Part shown: piece by piece, positions 1 to 11,310 of the stretch
Layout: each line of letters opens with the position of its first letter
How positions within the stretch are numbered: the first letter of the stretch is position 1
Source of the DNA: Chrysomallon squamiferum
Lineage: Eukaryota > Animalia > Mollusca
Length of the DNA stretch: 64,000 nt
NCBI GenBank assembly: GCA_012295275.1
Contig: CM022678.1
Span: forward strand, 19,282,001-19,346,000
Reading direction: 5' to 3'
Program-made: the position numbers and the translations under genes
Notes under the pieces: generated by a model
Seen by the model: the letters and a program-made list of their open reading frames with translations, nothing else
What the model was told of the DNA's origin: nothing
Database searches by the model: none

Positions 1-1044
1 TCCTGATAGTTATAACTTGAATATATAATGAATGAATTTTATATTTTAATGCACAAGTTAAACTATATAAAAGAAGTTACCTGATAAGGTAATGTAATAA
101 CCTTGTTGCGTGACAACAGAAAATAAAACTAAATAAAATGTTTTAATAAGATATATTTTTTAATCCTGACTTGAACAGTAAATTCCACTAAAGTTATTTA
201 TTTAGTAAACGTGATTAAACAAACTGAAAGAGCGCATTAGTAATTTTCCTGGAAATAGAAGTGCGTTACTTCAGCGAACTTATTGGGGTTTTTGTAACTA
301 GATGCTAGATTAATGAACGCATTTAGAAATGTGATATTTTAAAGCTAACTTTATATATTTAGTTTCTACGCAATTTAACTATTGATTTTCGCGAACGTGA
401 TCAAACAAAGTCAGAGCACACGTGACTAATTTTCGTGGAAGTAGAAAAATAAGCTAACTATTCGGATGAATGAGCACGTTTGTAAACACCATGGCTCTTC
501 TTAGTGAACTCGTTGTGTATCTAAAGAAAAAAGGTTTCCCTCGCCTGAACTAAAGCTAACCAACACACAACTCATATTTTGTTTTTTCTTTTCTTTTGTT
601 TTATATTATAACACTAGGACTCACAGCAGTTCTAACTGTTATTCACTTTTATCAGCCAACATGAATTAAAAACACTACGGCTGTCAGCCGATATATAACA
701 ATACAGAAACAGAAACGAGTTTACGAAATTAGGTCACTGAAATGTACAAGAAATATAGCAATCGGGAGATGCTATATCTATCTATAAAGCTGATTCATCT
801 TGTTCTGTAAATTACACCTGTGAAAATAGTAAGACAACAGACAACAGTGAACTAAAAGACGAGTCTTGATTTTAAATTTAATAAGGCAGAAAAATAATAA
901 TAATTAAAAGAAAAATATTTACCTTCCCATTATTTAAACACTCCTAATACTGTATTATTCCGTTTAAGTTTAAATACTAAATAAAATATTATTTGGAATG
1001 CCAGAGAAAACTGGATGTGACATTATTATTGTTATAATTACTAC

Positions 1045-1077
<33 letters not shown>

Positions 1078-1830
1078 GATTATTATTATCATCATCATCA
1101 TCATCATCTGTTTTTCTTCTCAGTGTTGTAATCTGCAGAGATATAAAACTAAATAAAATTCTGAATAAGATATATTTCTTTTAATTCTAACTCGAAATTT
1201 TGTTATTTAGTAAAGGTGGTTAAATAAAGTGACACCACGCATCAGTAATTTTCGTGGAATGTATCAGGTTTGTGTAACTAGATGCTGAATGAATGAACAT
1301 TTTTAGAAATGGGATGTGAAATCAATATTTTAATGGTAACTTTATATATTTATTTTCTACGTAATTTAACTATTAATTTTCGCGAACGTGACTACACACA
1401 GTCAGAGCACATGTGAGTAATGTTGATGGAAGTAGAAAAACGAGCCACATACATATATTCGGATCAATGAACATGTTTACATATAGCATGTCTACTGAGT
1501 GTATGTAAGAAAAAAGATAAGAAAATATGTGTCGTCTCCTGTAGCTCCATATAGTTCAATAACAACAACAAGATCGGTAATAATAATAATAATAATAATC
1601 ATAATAATCATAATAATCATAATAATCAAAATAATCATAATAATATCGAAAAATAAAATAAAACAAAATACTTCGATTCCTATAGTTACTGTCAGAGTCA
1701 TTCGGATGAAATAATACCACCTAAACACATCTCATATCTCCATAAGTTTTCTTTCTCTATTTATTTTAATTTGAGGAATCACAGAAAACAGCTGTGTAGT
1801 GTTTGGGACAGAGAATAATAATAATTAAAA
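1..1830. repeat. Inverted duplication of ~32930-34727
   Basis: Bases 1-90 are the near-exact reverse complement of ~34640-34727; collinear near-identity continues for ~1.8 kb. Confidence 0.9.
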
Positions 1831-2261
1831 AACTTGCTTCAAAACTTCAAATTAAATTATGTAACAAATTTTAAAAAATAATTTAAAAAAGAAAACGAAA
1901 ACGAAAGAAACACCAATGTTTATTATTATCTGTTTTTCTTCCTCAGGGTTTTAATCTGCAGAGAAATGAAACTGCATAAAATTCAACAACTTATATAGTT
2001 TTAATCCTAACTTTAAATTTAGTTATTTAGGACACGTGACTAAACGAAGTGAAATTTTCGTGAAAGTAGAAGTGTAAGGTATACGTTCGTTCAGCGAATT
2101 CATGTTGTTTGTGTAACTAGATACAAAGTCAAAGCAAACGTCACTAATTCTCGTGTAATTTGAGAAATACGAGAAATATTCGGATCAACAAACACATCGA
2201 GAAATACCATGTCTACTGCGTGAAAAGGTTTGGAGCAAATAATAAAATAATAATAATAATC

Positions 2262-2295
<34 letters not shown>

Positions 2296-2869
2296 CAGCA
2301 ATAAATAAAATGAATGTTTCGATTCTTATAGTTCCTGTGAGTTTCGTTAGCATGAAATATTTCTAAACTATATTTCTACTTTTTAATTTAATAGCACAAG
2401 GACTCCCAAGTATTAGTATTACTTTTATTATTAATTTATAATTTTTTCGTTTCCAGAGGTATGGTTTCAACTAATAATAATAAGAAGAACAAGAACAAGA
2501 ACAAGAAGAAAAGGATTTTTTTCAGTCACATAAAAGAACAATAAACAAATAAATAAATGAAATGTCTCTAGTTTTTAACTACGTATTACATACAGCTCTG
2601 TACCCTTCTTTACGTTTATAAGGTTACGTGAAGTAAACATATAGAACTAATCAGCCGATGTATAACAGCATAGAAACTCAAACGTGTTTGTGAAATTAGG
2701 TCACTGAGATTTTCAATAAATATAGCGAGTAAACAGATCCAGAAGATATAAGAAATATTTGTTACCAGAATTTTTCCTTTACAAAGCTGTGTAGTGTTTA
2801 GCATAGACTCTAGGTGAGACACTATTCAGCGAAATGACATGCATCTACATTTTATATGTTAATAATTAA

Positions 2870-2904
<35 letters not shown>

Positions 2905-3380
2905 AGATTTTGCCTCGTATATCTGCAAACTTGATTTATTTATTTGTTATTGTTTAATATCATGTTTGTTATCGTAATAACATATTTAAATCAAACTTAC
3001 ACGTTCTCGCTGGATGTTCCTTACTCTCAAACAACAATCAACAACTGCGATAGCTTTCATTTTTCAGTGTCATATAAATCAGGTGTTTACACAGTAAATG
3101 TAGATTAACAATCTATACAAGGTATGTATGACCTTCTCGCATGACAACAATATAAACACATTAACTACAACAGCTCCTTATCATGTCTACGTGCTCTGTA
3201 AGCTATCATGCCCGGTCCTAGTCCATTTTACTATCAAATTACTAATTCTATATTGGGGGTTTTCTGACAGAATTCGATAAGTAGCTTCAAATATTAAATT
3301 TAAACAAATATATTTTGTGTGAAAATCGAGATCAGTCTGATCGTGAGGCCTTCTTCATTTACTTTTTACTTGATGTCATC

Positions 3381-3461
<81 letters not shown>

Positions 3462-4065
3462 TTTATTATAAACCATATACTTGCAAAAGTCAGGAATAAG
3501 AACATTTTTAAAAATATTTAAAATACTAATAAAAGGAGATATCTATGTTTTATTTTTCACTTATTATTTTTATTTTTTATTACTTTTTTATTATTATTAT
3601 TATTTTTAGATAACATAAAACAATAATAAACAAATAAATAAATGAAATATCTCAGGTTTCTAACTAGGCAGGCCCAGCAGCTCCGTACCCTTATTTACAT
3701 TTATGAGCGTACGTGAGGTAAACATAGCGCACTTATCAGCCTATGTATAACAGCACAGAAAAAGAAACGTGTTTGCAAAATTAGATCACGGAGTTTGAAT
3801 TAAATGTAGCGAGTAAACAGATCCAGAAGATATAAGAAATATTTATTAGTAGCGTTTTCTTTCTTTCTTTCTTTTTACATTACTTTGAGGAACCAAAGCT
3901 GTGCAGTGTTTAGCATACTTTCTGCGTCAGAGAATAGAAGCGAAATAACCTGCGTCTACATTTTAAATGTAAAAAATTGAAATACTAAAATAATAATAAT
4001 TATTATAAACAGATTTTTGTCTCATATTTCTGTAACACTTGATTTATTTCTATAAGTTACAAAAA

Positions 4066-4104
<39 letters not shown>

Positions 4105-4532
4105 AAAAAAAAAAAAAAAAACAAACAAAAAAAAACATTGTAATAACAGATTTTAAATCAAACTTACACATTCTCGCTGGACGTTCCTTACTCTCAAACG
4201 AACAGTCCAAAACTTTTGCTTTACTATTTCAATGTCATATAAATCAGGTGTCTACTTTCCTTATTTAAATTCGAAGAGTCAATACAGTAAATGTAGATAA
4301 ACAATATATATAAGGTGTGTATGACCTCGTCGAATGACAACAATATAAACACATTCACGACAACACCACCTTATTATGGCTACGTGCTCTTTAGGTTATC
4401 ATGCCCGGACAGAGTCCATTTTATTATGAAATTGCTAACACAATATAAAACTGAGTTTTTCGAGATCAGTTTGATCCTGAGGTCTTCCTAATTTTATTAA
4501 CTTAACTTTTATATATATTTTTTATGTTCTGT

Positions 4533-4567
4533 TATTGTTGTTGTTGTTGTTGTTATTGTTGTTGTTG

Positions 4568-4637
<70 letters not shown>
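4533..4637 (+). repeat. Compound (TTG)n(TTA)n microsatellite, one of dozens of (AAT)n-type tracts (e.g. 3382-3460, 6335-6392, 24186-24240, 38424-38500, 48525-48600)
   Basis: Direct reading. Confidence 0.95.
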
Positions 4638-4638
<1 letters not shown>

Positions 4639-4918
4639 TAATTTCAACGTCCAGGACAGGTATATTTACGCTATCCAATTCTTACTGCCGTTGGCAATCT
4701 TTAGCATCCAGTTTTGCAAATGTTTCTCTTATGTGCCAAGCGGAGTTTCGTGCTGTTGCTTCGTTTGCTGCTCTTTATAACAGAGTGTGTTAATAGATTA
4801 TCCTTGAATCACGTGCAAAAGAAAAGAGAAAAAATGTTTAAGCATATTTAGAAACTATTTATGACTTACGTGTGTGTCTCTTTTGTTTCAGTGTGCGCAT
4901 GCGTTTCTCAGTATGTCT

Positions 4919-4922
<4 letters not shown>

Positions 4923-4996
<74 letters not shown>
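4923..4996 (+). repeat. (GA)n microsatellite
   Basis: Direct reading. Confidence 0.98.
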
Positions 4997-5002
<6 letters not shown>

Positions 5003-5956
5003 ATGAGGTTTTGTTTAACGATGACACATGACAATAAAACTAATTTCTATCATGGCTTGGGAAAAATATTCTATGATTATGTTAGTGTTACAGTCTGTGT
5101 GTCTCTATATATTGATGTGGCGATCTACATCTAAAATTTATTTATTGTTCATTCATCGCATTAGTACTGCCGATATTTTGATTTGTTCATTTAATTCGTT
5201 TTCTTTTATTTATTTATTTATTTATTTATTTTTATTTTTATTTTTTTTCAGAACCTCCGGTTTTGAAACTTGACTGGATAGTTGTTCCTTAACAAAACAC
5301 GACACTGCTAATTTTTATTTATTTCCTTAACAACCATTTTTATTATGATTAGTAGTCGTCGTAGAAATACTGTTAATAGGAACAGTAATGATAGTAGAAA
5401 GAGCAGTAGTAGAGTTTTATTCGTTCATATTGTTTCTATATTTTAAATGTGAAACGAATTTGAAGATGAAAAAAAGAAATTCAAATTTAAATTAAATTCA
5501 TTTTCACTGTATTATTCTTGCTGTCGTTGATGCCAATGATGTAATAGTAATTTTCTGACTTGATGCCGTTCTTGTCGCCATTCTTGTCGTTGATGCTGTC
5601 AGTTTTATTGTTGTTTTCTATTTCTTCCCGTTTTTATTATTATTATTATTATTACTATTATTATTATTATGAAGCTGAAAAGGTCAAAATTTTGGTGTAA
5701 ACATTTCATCTGATGGCAGTAACACAAAGCTTTTATATAAAAATAAGATTAATTAAAACTTGTTACACTTCCAACTCAAATATACAAAAACATCAAACAT
5801 TATTCACATACAAAGATTTTATTATTAACACAATTGGCTGACCAATAGGCACAATTACAATAAAAAAACAATAAAAGAATAGGATACTCTATATCACCAT
5901 TTTATTCAAGCATAATTACTTTATATATAGATATAGACAGACATATATAGAAAAAC

Positions 5957-6015
5957 ATATATTATATTATATTATATTATATTATATTATATTATATTAT
6001 ATTATATTATATTAT
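5957..6015 (+). repeat. (ATATT)n pentanucleotide repeat in the 3' flank of copy 1
   Basis: Direct reading. Confidence 0.95.
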
Positions 6016-6333
6016 AAATAAGCATGATACTTATATTACACTTTAGATTACACAAATTTAATTTCAACCATAAAGTTTTTGAAAAGTATATTAAAATAAC
6101 TGTAGACCGTCTGTACAACCTGTACACGTAGATTTAATCTTTAAGCTATATATACTGTAGCATCTGTTTATGGATTTATCTTTTGAAAACAGACCATATT
6201 TTCCTACTATCGTTTTACATTCCAAAAACTGAAAACTCAGTAAGGAAAAACATTTCCAATCCAACCATTTTCGAGAAGGAATCCTTATATAATTATAATT
6301 ATAAGCATAATTGTGGTTGTTTATGTGATTATA

Positions 6334-6393
<60 letters not shown>

Positions 6394-6463
6394 TTGATGA
6401 ATAAAGTCGAACAATCCATGCAGTTCAATTAAAATTCTTGTCAAGATCTGTAAAGTATCAAAT

Positions 6464-8581
6464 TTACAAACTGACGTCACCATCAACAAGAAGTGGAAAA
6501 GTTTCGAAAAGCCAGTACACAGCACTTTTGTCGTCTGCATCGTCTGGCGGAGTTTTTCCTGTTTTGAGATCATTCAGTTCCATGACTTGGTGAGTCTCTC
6601 CTGATTTCAAGCATACAATCATCATTTTCTCATTCTTCGTAGCAGTTGCTATTGCCAAATCAATCACCTGTTTCCAGTGTGAGTTTGGAGGGTCGGAACT
6701 AACAACTACGACAATGCATCGAATAAGAGGCATCAGTCGTTTGTAAAAATAGATATCATCCATTCCTTCAAAGGCAAGTTCATCATTCCTCGTGACTTCA
6801 AGACCTGTGTAGTGTTTAAGAATCTCCTGAATTTTCTTTGACATCTCAGATGTTTTGCAATCGTCTTTGTCATGGAGAATCATGATATCAGCAGCATTTA
6901 TTTCACCTTCTTTGTTCGTTTTGTAATAGAACGCAAAAATCCTTCTGAAACAAGACGTAGCTTTACCCGGTGACTCGCCTCTTGATAGGATATGCTGTGC
7001 TGTTTTCAGGTAAACTCGACTGACGAGAAGAAAAGGAATATAATCAGCTTGTTGCGTACCCATCAACAGAATTATACAGAATCTGGCCTTTTCGTATTCT
7101 TGTCGATAAAGATATTTCTCTGTAGTTCCAATCCAGTGTTCAGGTCCCTGATACCGGTTTTTAATATTCTCATAAACCGGAAGAGTACGGCCCAATTTAC
7201 TGATCATAGAGTAAACATCTTTAACTTGCCACGGTATATCTACTCCACGTGGACCTTTCGTTTGCTTCAGCAAATCAGTTACTGTTCTGAAATGAGTCCG
7301 ATATTTATACAGCACTTCTGGCGCAGAAACTTCTATAGCAAGAGTTCTGTAGTTTATTTCTTCTTTCCTCAGCCGAGCCTGTTCATCTGGAGGAAGTAAT
7401 GGATTTTTACCTTTTTCAAAACAAATAATACCCATTTTCTTCAAAGCAGCAACTTTATTGAACGGATTGGTATCAATTTCTTCTCTTTCTATTATATCCT
7501 TTAGAACCTCTTCAGCGTCTTCGTAACATTTTCTATTCATGTAAGCAGAAGCCAAGTCAAGTGTAATTTTCGCCGTGTGTTATATCAACGGACTGTTTTA
7601 GATACTTAATCGCACGCTGAAATGTTCTCGGGTTGCTTTCATTTTCCGCTTTTCTCAGCAGAACTTTTCCCAGGTTTTGAAGACCATGTCCTGTCGGCCG
7701 AAGCCTCACTGACTCCTCTACCAATCTCTGAGCGTCATCCAGTTGCCTTCTGTTTAGGAAATGCTTACCGCAGCTTGCAAGTACAAAAGGGTTCTGCTTA
7801 TCTAAATCAAGAGCTTTCTGGAAATATTCCTCGCACGAAAGCAGCGTTGTTTGTTGCTTAAACCTTTCTACCACAATTTCATCATCAAATGGTGTGTTTT
7901 TTAATTCAAACCGAGTCGCGAATTCCCCGAGCTCAGCAAACGCCATCGCATTAAACGGTTCTAATCCCTTACTGCCGACTTCTTCTAGCACTTTACAGCA
8001 TCTAACAGCGTATTCAACCATATCGATATCAGTATTAAACGAATAGCTTTGAATGGACATAGTTCGTCTAAGTGTTAGACCCTCTCCGAATTTCCATTCG
8101 TATTCTTCTGGATATTTCTCGTTTACTTTTCTGTACAGCTCCACAGACTTTAGATAAGAAGCTGGTGAAATCCGAGCGTAGCAATATGCAAGTTCAGCTT
8201 CAGCTACAGCACGCATTCTTTCAACGTCTCCCTTCAGGTTTTCCAGTTCAATTAATTCCGATTCAGCAGAAGGCTTATCGTGTTTTAACAGAAAACGCAC
8301 ACGGTTTGCACGAGCAACAATGTTAGTAGGGTCACGACGACGGACTTCTAAATTTGTCTCGATTGCCTTGTCTTGATCTCCTAGCAAAAACTGCATGAAG
8401 GAAATAAAATTGACGTCTCGATTTCTTTCCATCAAACTCTGTTTCTCTTCTTCCGGTTCTCGTTGTAACTTTAAAAGTATTTTTTCTCTACGTTGTTTAG
8501 TGCAGAGCATGAGATCTGTGAGATGAAAGGAGTGAGGAAACGATTCCAGTCTATTTTCCAAGGAAATGTCCTCATCCGTAG
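6464..8581 (-). pseudogene. TPR(IFIT/TTC22-like)-TIR paralogue, copy 1, main exon; one 8-nt deletion frameshift at ~7560
   Basis: ORFs 7557..8921 and 6464..7555 are consecutive parts of one protein. Acceptor ttttcag|CTACGGATGAG at 8581. TPR-like helices (AVAEAELAYCY, YFQKALDLDKQNPFVLASCG). Junction reads AAT TAC A CTT GAC TTG versus N-F/H-D-A-A-x-D-L in paralogues. TIR-like C-terminus DIMILHD...IRCIVVVVS...W..VIDLAI. The ORF-track N-terminus MVRNTSY is intronic. Confidence 0.85.
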
Positions 8582-10930
8582 CTGAAAAATAAAATCTACA
8601 TAATTGCAGATTTCTGAAAGAATAACTTCGGGGGAAAAGTGCCTTTCTAAAGGTAAGATGTTCGAAATTGTTTTCTTTTAAAATTGCAGATTCGTAATCA
8701 CATAATGCTTCATTTACTGAATGTCTCTCTCGCCATCTTTTTTGTATAAATATGTGTGTTTGTCTGCGTATGTCTGTGTTTTTATTCAGATGTCTGAATA
8801 TAAATATCTGTAAGAGAGAGAATAACGCGTTTATGTAAAAAAGTAGAACAGTTTCGCATGAAGCAGTAATGCAACAAAATACAATTGTTTCATTATCATT
8901 GTAACTAGTATTTCTCACCAATTTTTATCCTTGCAAAATCCGCCTCTAATGACGTTGTGCTGTGCGGTTTCTTCGCAGCCATTATCCTGAAAGAAAGTTA
9001 TACAATACTTTAGTAATTTCATTTTTCCAGTGTATTGAACATCATACATTTATGTCTATGTTCAGGTCACAGAATAATCAACTAAATTGCATGCGTCTAG
9101 ATTTTAAAATTAATGAAGAACAATGAAAATATTCTATAAAAATGTAAATAAAAATTATAACAATAAAAAGAAAGAAAGAAAGAAAATCTTTGTATCTGAA
9201 TCATTTTTGGTATTTTTGTAATTTAGAGTTGGAAGTGTAACAAAGAAAAACGAAGAAAAAAGAAACATTTGATCACCCTTAAGTCAATACTAACTTCATT
9301 AGGCTATCAAAATCTTACTGGTTCCACAAAAACATTGCCTTGGATTTATGAGTAGTTTCCTTTTCTAAAACGGTAATGTTATGTGTAGGTTTGACTATAA
9401 AACAAAATATTTTTATTTCGAAAGGAGATTCAAAGCGATGAAGGGTTGCTTATAATTCCGATTATGATGATAATTATTATTGTTGTTATTATCATTATTA
9501 TTGTTATTATTTTTGGTATTAGCATTATTATTTTCTTTCTATCTTTTTTTCTTTTTACTTTTTCTTTTTCCAGTCTACTAACCTGCAGAGAAATAAAACT
9601 TGTGCCACCTCAGTCTTGCTGATTCCAAAAAATCTTTCCCATCGATTTACGAGATCTTGTCTTTTCTGAGCTAAGTTGAATTTTATTTAACGTCTTGTGT
9701 TTATTATACTTCTTTCTACAAATAACAGTTATATATCTAAAGGCAATTCGTGAATCAGATGTTTATTTTGATGGTACCTTAAACTTTATTTCCTACGAAA
9801 TGAGTCTATTTAGTCAACGTGATAAACATACTGAAAAAACGCATTACAAATTTTCGTTGAACTAGAAAAATAAGGAAAACTTTCAGCTATTGAATTTATT
9901 TGGCTAGATGCTGCATTAAAGAACGTATATGCAAACATGAAATAATTTTTTTTTTTTTCTACATAATTTATCTATTAATCTTCTCGAACGTGTCTAAACA
10001 CAATGAAAACAAACTAGACTAATTTTTGTGGACATAGAAATTAAAGCTAAATATTTGGATCAATGTTGAAATGAAATAGAACCCAACCAGTACATAACAC
10101 AGATTTCTACTTTATATCTAATAACGCTAGGACCCCGGAGAGTTTTAACTGTTATTTACTTTTATCATACAACACGAGTTGAATGTGTGACTACTCAGCC
10201 GATATATAAACACACACAAACAGAAACTGCTGTGTCAAACTAGGTTATTGAAATAGGTCACTGAAACACACCCGGAATATGTAAGCAATATTGAAAAAGC
10301 TTTTTATAGTATAATTTATCAGTTTCTATAAAATGCAGAAACTTCACATGTCTAATGTTTGAGTCAGAGAACAATGAAACAAATGACCTTCGTCTAGATT
10401 TTAAATTTAATAATGCTAAAATAAAATAATTAAAATAAAAATTATTTGCCTTACCGTTATCTGACCACTGATATGTAATCGGCCATCAAAATCTTACTGG
10501 TTCCAAAAAAAGCAATCTCATCGATTTACGTGTTTTTACCTTTCCTGAACTAAGCTGAATTTTTAGTTAAATTGCTGTGTTATTTGCTTCTTGGTCATAT
10601 GTAGATTACACTTCCTTGTTACTATAACTTATAAATCAGTCACCTATTCGTGAATCATAGTTATGATTTAATGGACAAGTAATGAACAAACTGTTAAAAA
10701 TGGATGATATAAACTGAATAACAAATTTAAATCAAACTTACACGTTCTCGCTGGTGTCACTTATAATGAAACGAACTGTCAGTTTATATAACCACTATTT
10801 TCTACTTTCCTTTTTAAATTCCTCGAATCGGGTGAGTAAGAGGAGATAATCACTGTATTCTCTACATAAGACATGTTTTGTAATAACGTTGTGTTATGGG
10901 TAGGTTTAAATATTGAGTAAAACATTGTTA
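8454..10930. repeat. Inverted duplication of 61575-64000 (probably continues beyond the window)
   Basis: Near-identical reverse complement including exon 1, intron and start of the main exon. Confidence 0.92.
8919..8982 (-). CDS. Coding exon 1 of copy 1 (MAAKKPHSTTSLEADFARIKI + G)
   Basis: ATG at 8982-8980 preceded by ctttcag|GATA; donor ATTG|gtgaga; 64 nt splice in frame (G|CT = Ala) to the acceptor at 8581; intron 8582-8918 is 337 nt, the same length as in copy 5. Confidence 0.8.
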
Positions 10931-11265
10931 ATGTTTTCTGTTATTTTCTTCTTGTGTATTTATACATTACCATTTCCTGATAGTTTTAACTTACATATAT
11001 AACTGGACAATTCATGAATGAATTTTATATTTTAATGCACAAGTAATGAATCAAAGATTACTTAATATCCAGTATCTGATCGTAATAACAAAACTTAAAT
11101 AAAACTTACACGTTCTCGCTGGATGTTCCTTAACTTTCAAACGAAAAGTCAAAAACTGTGATAGCTTTACCTTTTCAGTTTTATATATAATCAGGTGTGT
11201 AGTTTCCCTTTCGATATTCCAAAAATGGGTACAGTAAATCTAGAAAATGAGTATATACGTGTTTA

Positions 11266-11310
<45 letters not shown>

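Noticed and set aside
4645-4793. Cys-rich exon-like block paralogous to ~11315-11445 and ~44160-44280
   Set aside because: Reading frame is not conserved between copies; treated as duplicated non-coding DNA
6992-8326. Antisense ORFs overlapping the TPR-TIR exons (also 28396, 28533, 42593, 57493-58382)
   Set aside because: Shadow ORFs of the coding strand; not conserved between paralogues
6464-8581. Bacterial TIR-TPR defence gene or contamination/HGT
   Set aside because: Spliceosomal GT-AG intron, microsatellite-rich flanks and animal-type transposons indicate a resident eukaryotic gene
8582-8921. N-terminal ~113 aa of the 454-aa ORF (MVRNTSY...) and the MKHIFRK start of ORF 40665
   Set aside because: Lie upstream of the conserved splice acceptor, so they are intronic; not conserved at protein level among paralogues
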